Of a stretch of DNA of 64,000 bases, positions 50,213 to 64,000 are shown piece by piece. Origin of the DNA: Chlorokybus atmophyticus (lineage: Eukaryota; Plantae; Mesostigma and Chlorokybus algae); NCBI GenBank assembly GCA_009103225.1, contig RHPI01003389.1:663162-727161 (forward strand), given 5' to 3'. A program made the position numbers and the translations under genes. Under the pieces are notes generated by a model that saw only the letters and a program-made list of their open reading frames with translations, had not been told where the DNA came from and made no database searches. Positions within the stretch are counted from its first letter, which is position 1, and every line of letters starts with the position of its first letter.

Positions 50213-53200
50213 ATGCTTGTGGAAGTAACAGCCTTTGGGGAGGATGGTTTCTCTCCTCGAGCTTGGGTCAACCACATCGCCGCTGCAAAGCCAGCCGATG
50301 AACCACTGGAACGGTACACGTACTTCAGCACATGCCAGGCGTCACGACCATTTGCACTGCCATATGTTGTTCGCATTGCATGGGCTGTGTGGCTGCCGAC
50401 AGCAGTCGCATCATCCAGGCATCGCAGTGCATGTAAGATAATAGGTTCGCATTGCTGGTAAGAACCGAATGTGTGTTGCCCATCCGTTCATGTGCAGTCA
50501 GGTTATTTCTCAAGCCGTGTCATTACGTTGAGAATACCAGGCTTGGTTCATCAACCACACTAGACAGGCAAACAGCTGTTACGTGCAATAGTGTCCAGCA
50601 GGTTTCATAATGGACGCTGTATGTGCATACTACACGAACAATCAACTGATCATTTTGCGCTTGCTAAGTCAATGCACCGTCGGTGGTGTGTGCAGTGCTT
50701 GCATGCACACCGCAACTGCTTTTGGGGAGTCCAGAGGGATGCTTTGATCAACACGCTGAGTGCCAACCCAACCCGTTTGCCATTGACCATGTGGTTGGTT
50801 ATCAGATACCTCTCCGAGATAGAGATGAAGGTGCAGCTAGTGGCTGAGGAGGTGGGCTTGTCGCTGGAAGACATCAGTGCACACTCACTCGTGCGCGTGC
50901 CTCGCGCGCACCAGCATGCTAGCCGTCTCGCTCACGATGCTCAGGCGCTCCGCACGCACCTGGCCTCCATCCTTAACCACTTCCAACAGGTGCTGCAATC
51001 CTGCACGCTTGCAATGTGTTTTGTTTAAGTAGTGGTGCTTGTCGTGTGTTGATTATGCCAAGTAAGTGAGTCCAGACTGATTGCAGGTGGAGACGGTGTC
51101 TTCAGCATCAGTGCAAGCTCTAGCCAGCCTCGATCGTGTCAAGCAAAGGATGGAAAGCGCCAGAGACACCTTGCAAGAAGCTGCGGGCCTTGCAGAGCTG
51201 TCCGCGAAGGTATGTAGAAGTGGTTGGCGTGCAGCAACACAACTTGTGCTCACAACCATGTTGACGTGTTTTGAGCGTGCATTAGGCTGCACCATGTGGT
51301 CGCACAAGCCACCTTTGACCATGTTTTGCAACGAAGTACCGGATGCTCCTTGTGTATTGGAATGCGGGCTGGTGTAGGAGGGCCTGATGTAGACTTCAGA
51401 TTGAGGACATGCGTAAAGATAACTACCTGTCGCAGGTGGAGACTGTGTTTGCCAAGGGCGACCTCCCACAGGTTGCCGATGTCTTAGCATCAATGCGGCG
51501 GTGTCTGGCTGTGCTTGGCGATGTACCAGAGTTTGCGGATGGACAGAAGCGCCTGCAGGTACACAACGTACACTCTCACCATGTTATCAACTGTCTACAT
51601 CAGCAGGCGCTGCGCATATACTCAATACAGCAGCAGTTCGAGGTGGTACGGGCACAGCAACTTTGTACACTTTTTCACATGCACTTGATGGTGTAAATGG
51701 AAGCGTACATTGGTTGCATGTGCGGATGCTTATTGATAGGTGTGGTACTCAATTCACTTTGTCAACATAAGTATAACAGTTATTGTGTGCTGACATGAAG
51801 ATGGGCTGCGCGGTGGGATGTGGATTTAACAATCTTGTGCTCTGCTTCCAGGCACTTGAGCAAAGGCTAGAGTCGATGCTCGAGCCGCGCCTGGTGCAAG
51901 TCTTAACAGACCGGAACGAGAAGGAGTCTGCTTCGCTGGCGGCCATACTGTTGCGCGTCGGGCGTGTAACAGCGCTTGAACGGCATTACACGCGTGCCAG
52001 GTCGCAAGCGCCTCTCAAGCTTTGGGAAGCTTTTGGCAACAAACCCGGCAAGGACGGTGACGAAGTGGGCAGTCCCAGCCGGTTTGCCACCTGGTTGCCC
52101 GGCTTGTATGATGAGGTGCGTGAGCTTTGTTGCCATAGCAGCATGACACTGATCGTGCCAAATAGCACAATACTGTAACCTGCCCAATCGCAAATCGCAT
52201 TGGTTAATCAATCATGGTTGCCAATAAATGCATGAATAAGTATTGCGTTGAATATGCTTGCGTGATGAATTGCCAAACTTGCTCTATGTCAGGTCCTGTC
52301 ATTGGTGGAGCGAGAGATTCGCTGGTGCTCCTCAGTCTTTCCAGATCTTTGCATGCAGCTGGTCAGCCAGTTGCTCACGAAGCTGTTCGATTCCATTGCC
52401 GGACCCTTCTCACAGCGCATTGACGATGCACTGGCAGCGATTGACGGGTGAGCATGTGGGTTGCTTTACCATCCTACTCAACACGTGTCAGTTGCTGTCT
52501 GCAAGCCTTGGCATGTTGGCTTCTGCTGAGAAGCGCTTACTATGCTCAGTTGACTATGGCAGGTTTTCAAGGCAAACTCCATTGGGTTTGCTGCTTGCAT
52601 TGCATAGTACGACTGCTGCCTTTGAACGCAATCTGCAACCGGACCTTCAGCAATGCAGGTACTGGTGACTGCAGTGCAGTCGTGCATAGTACAGACCCGT
52701 CATGTATGTACAAGTGCTTGTTCAGCTGAGTTCTGTTTGAGCTCGTGTCAGTTGGCTTATGGCTTATGTCATGTGGTTCTTGGGTCGGCAGTCGGGAGCA
52801 GCTGAAAGGTTGCGTGAGAGTGGTATATTTAGCATATGAACCCCACAAGCAGCAATATGGGGAGCTGGAGCGCCAGCAGCTGCTGCATGATGTCGCCACT
52901 GTCGATCTGACTGAAGCAGAGGAGGTGGCTGACACTGTTGCCAAGATGGAAGCCTCCATCCCTGTGGTACGTGTGTTTGATCTACCGCTGACCTCATCGT
53001 CGGGCATGTTTTGGTGTTTGAGTCGAAGTTGGACGTATCGTTGTATACATTAGATCACAATCATGGTCTATCAGTTGCCGCGTTGTCGGCATCCCGTCCA
53101 GTGTCAGTAGGAAGACTGGCTGTGCTTGCAACTTCAACATCATAAAGAACACAAAGATGTAGTCCAGTTTTGTTGGGCAAAACAAGGATCTGCGCAGGTA

Positions 53201-55788
53201 ACTGCTGCGCTGGAGCGTGCAGTGGACAGGTGTGTAACATTCACGTGGGGGACCGAGAGCGAGGCGCTGCTGCGAGCGCTCGATGAAGCAGCTGTGAAGT
53301 ACCTTGCGGCCATGTTGGATTTGCTGCGGTAAGGCTGCAGGACATGCTACTGGCATTGTTTTCAATTTGCAAGCGTCGCACAGATCTGAGGCCCGAAAAT
53401 CGGCTGAATATGCTTTTGAGAGGGACGCCCAAGCATTGCACTCCTTGCAACTAGTAAAGGAAGTGGCTGTAATATATAATAGCCTGTCGTTGATGCATGG
53501 CGACTATGTTATATGTATCAGATCGCTGCGAGTGTCATGTGGCCTGCAGCCTCCTCCACCTCCAACTCAACAAGCAAGCAAGCAGTCTACTAGTTCGCGT
53601 CCAGCCACACCCGTGTTAGGTGCGCATTGATGGAAGCAGTAGGAAAAGTGTGTAGAGGTGCTCAACGCAGACCAAGTTCATTGCAAGCTCAATTGTGAGA
53701 GCCTTCTGTATGAGCATGCTTTTGTGTATTGCTCTACTCACTATATAATGGTGTGTTGTTAGGTGGAAACGTTACGGCAGATGCAAGCACTGCACGCGAT
53801 GATGGCATGAGGAGCAATGACATTCACGAGCTGGATGGTGAACAAGAATGGGGTTATGTGCAGGTGTGCAACGTATCATGAGTTGGATACTGCGTACATA
53901 GTGGTGTGCATGACTACGCTGGTTTATGAGCGCACCAAAAGCCATAACATAAGTCTGTCACTTGGCATTCGGCTTGTGTGAGGGAGGGTATGTGCTCAGC
54001 ATGCGTTGTTCGCAGGGTGCATTGCAGCTGTTGTCATTGGCCAGCACCCTGTCCACGAGCATGGCAGTGTTTGAAGCAAATGTTTGCAACACTATGAAAG
54101 AGCTCCATGGCAAACTACGGCCCACGGAGAGCGGTATAACGCAAGGTCCAGGTACGCTTGATGTGAAGGTCTTGTTTCGTTATATTGTCCACTTGATGTG
54201 CACTGTCATTGCTGGGCGCTTGCCACCTGCAGCATGTATGCATCTGCTTCTGCGCATCACATTAAGCTTTGGCATGGTCGACGCTCATACACGTATTCGC
54301 TGATGTTATGCGCACATTATGACTGGCAATGTCATTGTGGTCAGTTGACCCAGCGCAGTTGAGGCTGGCAGACTCCCCAGACAGAGCCAGGCGCCTGTTT
54401 GCGTTGCTTGATCAAGCACAGAATGCTCGCCTGCAGGTTCGACACATAAATTGTATCCTGTTGTCATTGCATCTGTTTTGATGGTTTGACACATTTCAAT
54501 CAGTGACTTATGCGGCAATCTGGTACTGTGTTGTTCTGCACTCACAAGCACAACAACCTGAGGCATAGGTTCAGGGTGCAAAACCATAAGCTAGCGGAGG
54601 TTGATACCAAGTGCTGTGTTCAGCATGTGGTTGATGCATCTTGTTGCAGGCGCTGCCACATGCTGCAGGGCGCGTAGTTGCATTTCAGGAGGCTGCGCAT
54701 GCCTTCGTGTATGACGCGCTGGTTCATAAGGTGCGCAGGCTTGGGCTTTGTCTTGCTGTATGCCCTGGTGCTTATGACCAGCCCACGCGTTCCCGGTTCA
54801 TTTTATTACTTAACAGCAGCCTGTCATTCGCAAGGTTTACTGATGTTGCCTGAAAGCGTGCAGCTGGTGCTTCCATCGCTTCAATGCAGGATGGTATCGT
54901 CATGACACCTTGCTCACACTTCAATGTTGTAAACAGGTTCGTGGTCGCGTTGCTGCCGTGCCCACTATGCCAGTCTGGCGAGAGCAGGAAGGCGATAACG
55001 CATTTGATTTGCCGAGCTTCAGCGCTTACCCGCTGCCATACATTACCTTTATCGGTAAGTCCTCCTGCAGACCCACAGGAATGTTGATGTATAAAGGTAC
55101 ATTAACATTCGGGTCAAGGCCACAGCATCGCGTTGCAGTCAGCTGTGATGACACGAATGGGCAGATTTCGAACGACTGCGGTGGCATGGTGGTGTGTGCT
55201 GTGGTCTGCAATATAGCAATGCGATACAGTCTGTGGCATGTTTGGTTGTCTATCAGGAGTAAGTGGCACTTTGTACTAGCGTTGTTGTCCTGTAAACATG
55301 GGCATCTGTCATGTCGGGCACTTGGTGATCCAGTTTCAATGTACACAACCATTCTAACCTGAGACTAGCTGCTGCTTTGTTACACTACTGTTATTTATGT
55401 AGGCGAGTATCTACTGACGCTGCCACAGCAACTTGAGCCGTTGCAAGGCAACGATGCACCAGGCGCGTATGAGGCGACTGAGGAATCCCTGCACTTCGCC
55501 AGCGAGTGGATGTTCCGAGTAGCGGAGGGGGCTGTAGGGCTGTACGTTGACCAGCTCATGAAGATTGCAGAGCTTAGCGACAAGGGTGCTGTGCAGCTTG
55601 CCACAGACATTGAGTATTTGAGCAACGTCCTCGCTGCCCTCAGCGTGTCAACGCCCCCGTCACTCGCGTCCTTCCGTGCTGCCGCTGCCGCATCCAAAGA
55701 AGAACTTGCCAGCCTGGCCAAAGGGTCTAGCAATGCAACACTTGATGCGAGGGTTGTGTCCGCGGTTGCTAAAATGCGTGGCGTGTAG
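50213..55788 (+). CDS. COG7: Conserved oligomeric Golgi complex subunit 7, multi-exon
   Basis: F.EDGFSPRAWVN..YLSEIEMKVQLVAEEVGLSLEDIS..RVPRA, ASLDRVKQRMESARDTLQEAAGL, VFAKGDLPQVADVLASMRRCL, LERHY, CVTFTWGTE, C-terminal FASEWMFRVAEGA..GAVQLATDIEYLSNVL. Exon 1 is 50213-50313, exon 2 is 50806-50989, stop at 55786-55788. Not all internal exons were delimited. Confidence 0.95.
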
Positions 55789-57399
55789 GCTGGCAGTACC
55801 AAGGTTGAGAAGAGACTTGCACGCAGCTGGCTGTCAAGCATCATGTGTTGTGTCATGTTCATAAGTGTATCAACTACTGTTGGTGGTAGTGGCATGATGC
55901 TTGCTCTGGCACATGCATGCAGTATGTGTGCCTGTTGCTCTGTCCTTCAGATTGAGATCATAAGCAGGCTGCACGGGACACTTGCTGCTCCAAATGCAGC
56001 AGCTGCGCTTGTCACCGCTTGGTCTATCGCCAGCAGGTGCCTAACACAGCATCTGTCAACTGTCAGTGTTCTTTTATTTTATTGCTCATTCAAGTAGAAA
56101 AGTACATTGGAAAACACACGACCGCGACTGCACATAGGGGCTCAGTCAGGCATCTGTGGGGTCGTCGTCCAAGCCGTCGTCGCTCCCGGCCTGACCCTTC
56201 GCGCCTGCTGCGCAGGTGGTTTACTTGCCTGCTTCCCATGCCCCAACCCTTGCCCTCTTGCTTGCCTGATGTGCGTCTGGTTTGTTGCTAGTGTAGTAGC
56301 GGTTTTGAGCTAGCAGGCTTGTGCTAGCGCTGCTCTGGGCCCCCACCAACTCTTGATGTAATGGTTGCCATGCGTGTGTGCAATATCACTTGCATCTTTT
56401 TACTTTACACTCAGCCTCAAATGCATGACATGCATTTGAGGCTGTGTGCTGTGCAGATTGACGAAACCCTAAGAGTGCATGGCTAAGAATGACAGGCATT
56501 CGGCTGCGACAGTATTTGTGCGTGGTCGAGGGTGGGGGGCGGTGGCGGGGGGGATCAGCGGGTCATCCTCGTCATATGTGGCATCGGCGCTGACACAGAG
56601 ACGGCTTTGTGGCAGCTAAAACCGCAGTGATGCTTGCATGCCTTATATCCTCAGGTTGGTTGGCTGAGCCATTGCTGCCTGATGCCAACATCCGCACTGC
56701 CATTGCATTGCACAGCACATAGCAGCATCTAAGAGTAGCAAGTAGGTGGCCCCAGATGTGATAGAAGCTGCCTCTGCTTGTGCTTGCTTTGCTTGCCTTG
56801 CTATGCATATGGTATAGAGTCGAGTAGGTAATGCACAGTCATGCACACACCCACGAATATAATTGGCAAGTCAACAAGACAACACGGGCAAACTCAATTA
56901 CACCAGGGGCGTTGGCTAGGTGCTCCACTGTGCCATGTGCAAATGCAAGGCAGGGCGATGGGTATGAGCAAGCAGGCAGCACAATCAACCAACCAACCTG
57001 TTGCACAAAGGCTGCATGCATGTTTACATGCATACGCATGTAAACATGCACAATCCATACCCTACACATGACTAAGAGGGTTGGGCTTAGCGGTAGGGGT
57101 AGGTAGGGTGGGGAGGGGGAGGGGGGGTATTGCACAGAATAGCGCTTTGGACTTTTGATTACACCTACTATGACAGCAGCAAGAGCAGGCCCCAGAAATG
57201 CGTAACAACAAAGTCCAAGCTCTCAACATCACGATGTTGCAAGGGGCCCAGCCGTGCTGCGCGCGATTTACTTGCATTGAAACCACAAGCATATATGCAC
57301 ACAACTACAGCCTACTAGACAGCAACAAGGGCACACTCCAGCAATGCGTGACAAGTTCTGAGCACCGCTGTCCAAAACAGGCATCATCACCTGTGACAC

Positions 57400-59909
57400 C
57401 AAGTGTTATCTAAACCTAAGCTAACTAATGACATCAATGGCAGCGCAGTTGACGGTACACGTCGTCAGCATCAGGCTACAATACAGACCCCAGGAGTGCG
57501 GTTTGGCGTCCAAGCCCATCACGGATTCTGTGCGCGGAACTGTGGGCACAGATAGCATGGAGACAGACTATGCTGGATGACAGGTGTGTCCTTGGCAGCA
57601 CGAGCTGGTGTTGACCCTGGTGGCAGGCGGGGAGACGGCACGCACTCTGGTGCGGGCGACGCCCACTGTGCGTACTACAGTTGATGCTCCCCGTTGGATT
57701 GCAAATGGCTGTCATTGTTGGAATGCACCGCCTCATGTAGGGCAGAACTCTGATCAGGTTGCAACCTCACCAGACCAGTGTGGCCCATGCCGATCATCTG
57801 TGGCCTGGTCATACTCCCTGACACGGAGTTGTCATGGCTGGACACTGGCACCGCTTGAAGGATATCTCCTGGCACTGCATTCACTGCAGGCATCGCCATG
57901 ACTTCCATTGCACCTCCCTGCTCCATTCGCAACCGCTCCTGTACGCAAAACATGCATAAGCACTGTTGCTTATCACACCCTTTGACACACACGCACGCAT
58001 GAGAGCAACAAGCAAGATGGCAGTGGAATTCACCTGCTGTGCAGCGCGCGTCACAAAGTCAATCTGCTGCTGTATTCGTTTTCTCTCAGCAGCCTCTTTG
58101 TACAGTTCCTTTGCCCTTTTTACAATGCCCTTTCTCAGGTCAGTAATGATGGGATCATGTGCAATCCCTGGTGATACACGCTCATCAACCGTCCCATGGA
58201 TAGTCCACCACTGCCAGACAACAACAGACATTAGGCCAGAATGACATAAACCCAGACGTTGCATGTCGCTAATCTCGTATGGTGTATCTGACCATGTCGC
58301 TGCTTATCACATTATACAAATGAATGCTGCTATTATGTTTGGAGCTCAGACACCATGCATGTGGGTTCAGTAACGCACCATGCAAAGGACGTTGGAGCCT
58401 GGAAAGTCATTATGTACACGTGCCAACTTGTTCATCAACCGAATCTTGCGCGCACTCCTTGCTGCATCCTCATTGTGCGTCGGGTCCTCTGGTGCCAGCG
58501 ACTTAGGTGGCTCTGCATGTCCATTGCACAATAGATCTATTCTGAGTCAGCCGTGAACTCACCATTACTGCATACAAACTTCTGAAACAGATGGTAGCAC
58601 AAGGTACCTGCTGGCTGTCGCGATGGTGCTGAACCTGTTGGGCTTTCTGGAGCAGAATCAGCTGGCGCAGCTGGAACAAAACCAAAACGACATCAGTGCA
58701 AACAAAGCAGACACATGTGCCCTGTGAATGGTTGAGGTCTTCGGCTCTTTCCATAACGGTGCGCTGCAAAAACCCCGTTTGCGCATAAGCTCAACAACAC
58801 TTACCAGGGCGAGCCATGGTGTGGCTGGGCTCTGGTGGAGGCACAGGTCTGCCTTCCCGACACTCCCCGCAAAAACCCTTCTTATCCTCTGTTTTACTCC
58901 TCTTGTACACCCAAGCCATGCGCCGATCCTCCCCAAAACATGTGACATGAAACGGTCGCTGACACCTCACACAAGTGGTCAGCGGCTCTGTCCCTGGCTC
59001 TGTTCTGGCCTTCCATTCTGTGCCTGTACACGGTCACCATGCCTTAGTGCAGTCACAAGCATGCATGGACAAGGTGAGCTTTCCCAACCGGCGCTACCCC
59101 ACCCAAGCAGCGACAGACACCAGTTGCCGAACAGACTGGTTCCAGCGCCGCTTCACACTAGACTAGCTTTGAACTGTTTCAGTTCAAAGCTAGTTCAGTG
59201 TGATGCGGCACTGGAACCAGTTAACAAAGCACAACACAACACAAGCAAACTTTACTGCAAACTCAATCAAGCTAGCCGTATGAGAAATAGTGACACTGCC
59301 GTAAGGTTGAGAGAGAATATATTGGCCTTATACAACCTGGTGCTTGACAACCGCGCAAGATGCACTAGACAGATGACGTCGTGCAAGGGGAGAAGCAGCT
59401 GCCAGCAGTACCAACCACAGCGCTATGCTGGGTGTTCCCAACAGACAAGAAATCGGCAGCAATAATGATGTGCATGTTGATGTCATGTAGCTGCTCAGAA
59501 ACATACACTGAGAGACAGTAGTACGAACAACGTAGCGGCGTTGCCCCCATCTACCATGCAAATGAGAAAGAGAAGACGAACTCAATCACCAACTGACTGT
59601 ACCACTAGGTCGGGACCCAACATGATCAGTCTTGCTTCCTGGTATGTAGTTGACGGCTTGCCGATGAGCGTTGTCAAAGGGTGCCAGCAAATTGGAATAC
59701 CGTTAAGCGGGACATCTGTTTGAATGCAGGATAGTTGACTTATGCACTTCATGTTGGAACTGCTGTGTAACGAGGAAGAGGTGACGTAAGCCAAGCTGTG
59801 CTTCAGCACCTGAATAAGCCTGGTTGGTTCCCCACTTGTTACACACAAAGCACCGTCGCTGCTTGTCCCGCCTTGGTTGCTTGCGACCTGAGGCGCCAAC
59901 TTCCATCAT
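57400..59909 (-). CDS. Unannotated spliced PHD-finger protein (both ends uncertain)
   Basis: Exon ending 59810 (RRCFVCNKWGTNQAYSG) splices to exon 59023-58805 (..TTCVRCQRPFHVTCF..GFCGEC), giving C4-H-C3. Further in-phase exons: AAPADSAPESP.., ..RKIRLMNKLARVHNDFPGSNVLCM|WWTIHGTV..KGIVKRAKELYKEAAERKRIQQQ|ERLRME. Confidence 0.75.
59135..59221. repeat. 87-bp near-perfect palindrome inside an intron of the PHD gene
   Basis: 25-bp outer arms (actggttccagcgccgcttcacact / agtgtgatgcggcactggaaccagt, 2 mismatches), a 2-nt mismatch, a perfect 15-bp inner stem and a TTT loop. Confidence 0.92.
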
Positions 59910-61919
59910 CCTGCCAGACTCGCTTGGCAAACGCCGTCGGAGCGCCTGAGCGCCCCGGCGGCGGACACACCGCTACCCCTTGCCTGATGCCGCTGCTGGT
60001 GGCAGCGATGTCGGCAGCAACGTCGCCGCCGCGAACGTTAGTGACCGCCTTGTCGGCGCGCTCGTTCAATACAATCCGATTTGTTGCCAAGTAACCCCAT
60101 AACGTGAGGTAGCCGACAGCAGCGAACGTGCCGCCTGCCAGCTGGTCAACAGAATTCAGAAAACCGCCTGCTGAGTTTGGGAGACCCATAGTCGTCACAC
60201 TCTCAGGGGTCGGTGACAGTCAAGCGTGATGCATGACGGATCGGATCGGCTGCGGATGCGCTGTCAATGGGTTGTGTTGCGTCAGCAGTCGGCAGCGCAG
60301 AGCGGTAGATAAGCACAACGCCAGGGGCGGCCATAGCCGAGTGCGGGTCTTACAGGAGCACAAGCGCCTTGCGGGCAGGCTTCCCGAGGATGCGGCTCTT
60401 TCATGGGATTCGAAGTCCCTCGTTACGCGCAGGCGATTTCAAGCTGGTGCCGCAGCAAACACCCACTGAAGAAAAAAACGGCTACAGGGTCTGTAGCAGG
60501 TGCGCACCTAAAACTTGCAGCAAAGCTGCGAAACATTTGCGCGCACGCGCGCGCGCGCCCTCTGCACGGCCTGCGTCACTTAGCGTTCATGTTAACTGAT
60601 AATTATCATGCAATCACAGACCATGTGTACCCAGAAGAAAGGCACTTGCATGTGTCAACTTGGTGCCAAGACATCCTTGGCTAGTAATCTATTGCATGCT
60701 TGCTACAATGTTCATTACAAGTTGTAATGAATATGTTGAAATTGACAACTTGTAATGACTGCAATTACCATTACACATAATCGCCAATGGGCAACCAAAG
60801 GTCATATACATAATCTATTACTGTAGCAAGACATGGCTAGTAAGTTCAAAATGTGCTTGTTACAATTGTACACGGCATTGCTCATGTGATACATATATAT
60901 CACATGGAAATACAATGCATAAACAGTGCTGGCGCAATGCACTTGTAACATGAATTGTTGTAAAGTTGTTCACATTAAGCAATGCTACTAGCTACTCGAG
61001 TACACGTCCGTTTAAGTGTTGAAGACTCAACTTCGCAAAAGTAAGAGGGAGAGCGGGATGATGTTCTCGCGCGTGATCACATAATATAAGAAAAACTACT
61101 GAATTTTCTTGTTGTATAGCCCATTAAAACAAGCGGCCCCTTGAAGAATTTTGTAGGTGAGGCAAGCGGTGATGGTAATGGTGATTGTGGTATCAAGAGG
61201 CACTGCATACGGTGAATATTGCATATACCAACATTAATACAAGCAATGTCCGCAATATATACATCAAAACACGTTGTTTTATGATGCGTTTTTGCATAAT
61301 TAATTGCGCAAATCGACTCACTTTTGTTATGCACTTTGTGGTATGCATAAATACTTGATAAAGTATATTATTATTTTGAATATTAATTACTACTTGTAAT
61401 AATCCTAGAGCCATGATGATGTTGATTGAATCACTATCCTCACTTTACAATCATGTAAGCGCAGAAAAAAGTTCACATTTATTTTGTATTATATCAAAAT
61501 ATAAAGTGCTACATTGGCACCTTAACCACTAGACATGATGGTACATGTAACATATGCGGCGGTAAAAGTCGCTGCCAATGAAAAATCCACATGACTCATA
61601 TATTTTCCATTCTAAATATGTTACACAAATGAGCTTATTAGTGTAACATATATAATGCGCACGGTGTGTTGTGATTGAATTTTCAATGATCTTGATGATC
61701 AATTATGAATTGATAATACCTCATTTGAACAGCGGTTGATGTCATTATACTACGCATACTGAACTTGTAAAACATAACCATTAATTGATTATAACATAAA
61801 TAGCATGATTTTTATATACTATGGTTATGATGTGGTTGTACAAGTTGGGTTAGCGTTGAGCATATTTTCAGCAATAGTTTGAAAATTAGTAAAAGTCACA
61901 ACACAAGTAACTAGCATCG

Positions 61920-63110
61920 AGTTGTATACGGCAGCAAGGCAAGACATTTTCGCACTCTATATATACACATGTACATGGGCGTGCAAGGCAAGGCAACAGC
62001 AGCTGGCATATAGTCGAACCACATTGATGCGCCTCAAAGAACTTAGCAAAGTTAGTCAGCAAACCTACACGCTGAGATGAAACATCGTACCGGTTGAACT
62101 CATGAGATGATAAATACTCTACCATGAGTACCACAGGTCCAACATCATTTGACTCTTTTAAAGGCCAAGCTCAGTCGAGCTCGTTCACGGCTGACAGATT
62201 GCAAGCTTTAAAGCCATAGTCACATAGTATGCCAAACGCGTATAGTAATGCAGTACGCAAAGTACGCAGCAATTAAGCGTAGGGTTAGCGATAAGCTACA
62301 TGCAGCAACAGTTTGCAAAACTGTAAAAGTCATAATATAAATGATTAGTGATTAGTGAATGACGGCAACAAGGTAAGACCATCTTACTACATATACACAT
62401 GCACATTGGTGCGTGTAAAGCAAGTCAATAGCAGCGAGCGTGTGTTGTGCAATTAAGCACTAACCAACAGTAACAAGCAACTTACACGTTGAGATGCATC
62501 TCGATATTATGAAACATCATGCCGGTTAAACTCGTAAGCCGTTAAAGTACGCTGTCATCAGAATCACAGATCCAACATTCGTCAACGATTTTATATGCCG
62601 AGCTCAATCAAGCTCGTCTTGCGCCTCCACTGCTAACAGATTCGCAAGGCTTACAGTCATGGTCACATATATGCAATATGCGTACTAACATGCAATATGC
62701 AAAATATTCAAGAACTATGCGCAGGGTCAGCATTGTGCTGTATGCAGAAGCTGTTTGCAAAACAGCCAAAGTCGCAACACAAGTGATTTGAGTTGAGCGG
62801 CATACGGCAGCAAGGCAAGGCATTATGGCACTCGATACACACACATGTACATGGGTGCGTGTAAAGCAAGGCAACAGCAGCTAGCATTTAATCGAATCAC
62901 AGTGATGCGCCCATAAGAACTAACCAACAACAGCAAGCAACCTACACGATGAGCTGAAATATCGTGCCGGTTGAACTCGTTAGCCGGTAAAGAACTCTTC
63001 CATCGATACCACATGTCTAACGCTCTCGAGCGCTTTGCAATGCCAAGCATCAATCGAGCTCGTCCAGCGCCTCCACAGCTAACATATTTGTAAGCCCTCA
63101 AGTTATAGTC
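61920..63110 (+). repeat. Three diverged tandem copies, ~430-445-bp period, AT-rich
   Basis: tacggcagcaaggcaag at 61927 and 62803. atatacacatg at 61961 and 62391. Shared cctacacg..gag.tg, cat..tgccggtt.aactc and gagctcgt. Confidence 0.8.
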
Positions 63111-64000
63111 ACATGATAAATCGCAATACGTAAAATAAGCGTAGTATTTTGTTGATTGCCGCGTATTATTTCACTACGTTTAAAATTAATTTTACAATGT
63201 AATATGTTGTTTGTTAAAAATGTGAAGTTATTGTATTGAACAACGCAATTATGTAATATTGTATAATTATGCGTCAGCAGTTATTGTTATTTGTTAAACA
63301 GGTGTTAAATAAAACAACTTATATACTTCCTGCATGATCTTGCATTATATACACGCAAATGCATATGTTTAAAACATTGTGGAACATGGCATAGTATTTT
63401 GATTCATGTCTTATTTTACGCAGCTGTAATGACGTCAAGTCATATGATTGCACATGAAGTAGAGAGCTTGAAAGTTAATTATATGCAATATATGTGCATG
63501 TATATACCTGACAACCACACTATATTTACACCTTTTGAACAACTTGTGTGATTATTGTAAGTGATCTCATGTAATGCGCATCATTAACGAGTGTAAGCAC
63601 ATGTGCTCGCATGCGCACTTTTGACCTTATGGATCGATGCTCCGTCGCTTTCTTATTTATTTGAAAATCAAGAGCGATCGCATGATACAATAATTAAAAC
63701 CATGGCTGTACGCCATAACTCAAATGCTTAAGCTAAAAACCGGGTGCCAATGACAAAAGTTAAGCCATGCATTCATATGAGGGTATGTTAGGTGTTGTAG
63801 TTTATGCCGTTGTTAATAATCTTGTAACTCTGGTTTATCCCCGACGTAATTTTGTGCATTGGTTTGCTATTTGGATTCGTTGCACAGTTGCATGCTTCTT
63901 GCTTGTACTACAGAGTTTGCATTTATGCATTTTATGTGTTTTGTATACGGCATGGGTCTGTTGCTAACCCTTCAGATGTTTCACTTTCTCTTAGATGGGC

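Overview
Eukaryotic, intron-rich, transposon-dense 64-kb window. The lineage is probably a green alga or early streptophyte; this is inferred from the plant-like COG7, the CBA1-like gene and telo-box motifs, and cannot be proven from the window. Three host genes can be spliced by hand: a CBA1-like B12/periplasmic-binding-fold secreted protein (-, 14375-17216), NAT9 (-, 48275-49845) and COG7 (+, 50213-55788, head-to-head with NAT9). There is also an orphan PHD-finger gene (-, ~57400-59909). Most of the rest is transposon: the 5' part of a hAT (BED+DUF659, 228-1334), a frameshifted Helitron RepHel with an exact 611-bp triplication (~7537-13050), a dead Tigger-like pogo (18571-21151), a Fot1-like DD35D pogo with TA-flanked TIRs (41939-46864) and a related 387-bp MITE (17954-18340). 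The most striking object is a 14.2-kb En/Spm (CACTA-superfamily) element at 26389-40592 with non-canonical CACCG termini and a TTG target duplication. It carries two divergent spliced genes: a TnpD transposase that appears fused in phase to a PHD-C5HCH finger and a ULP1/SENP protease, and a TnpA-like gene with a Tudor domain and an isolated cytosine-methyltransferase motif I. A 2,035-bp non-autonomous element with CACAC termini and a GAT duplication is nested inside it. All family assignments come from motif recognition by eye; no database searches were run. Several N gaps and very long (CT)n, (CA)n and poly-G/C tracts make local assembly uncertain.
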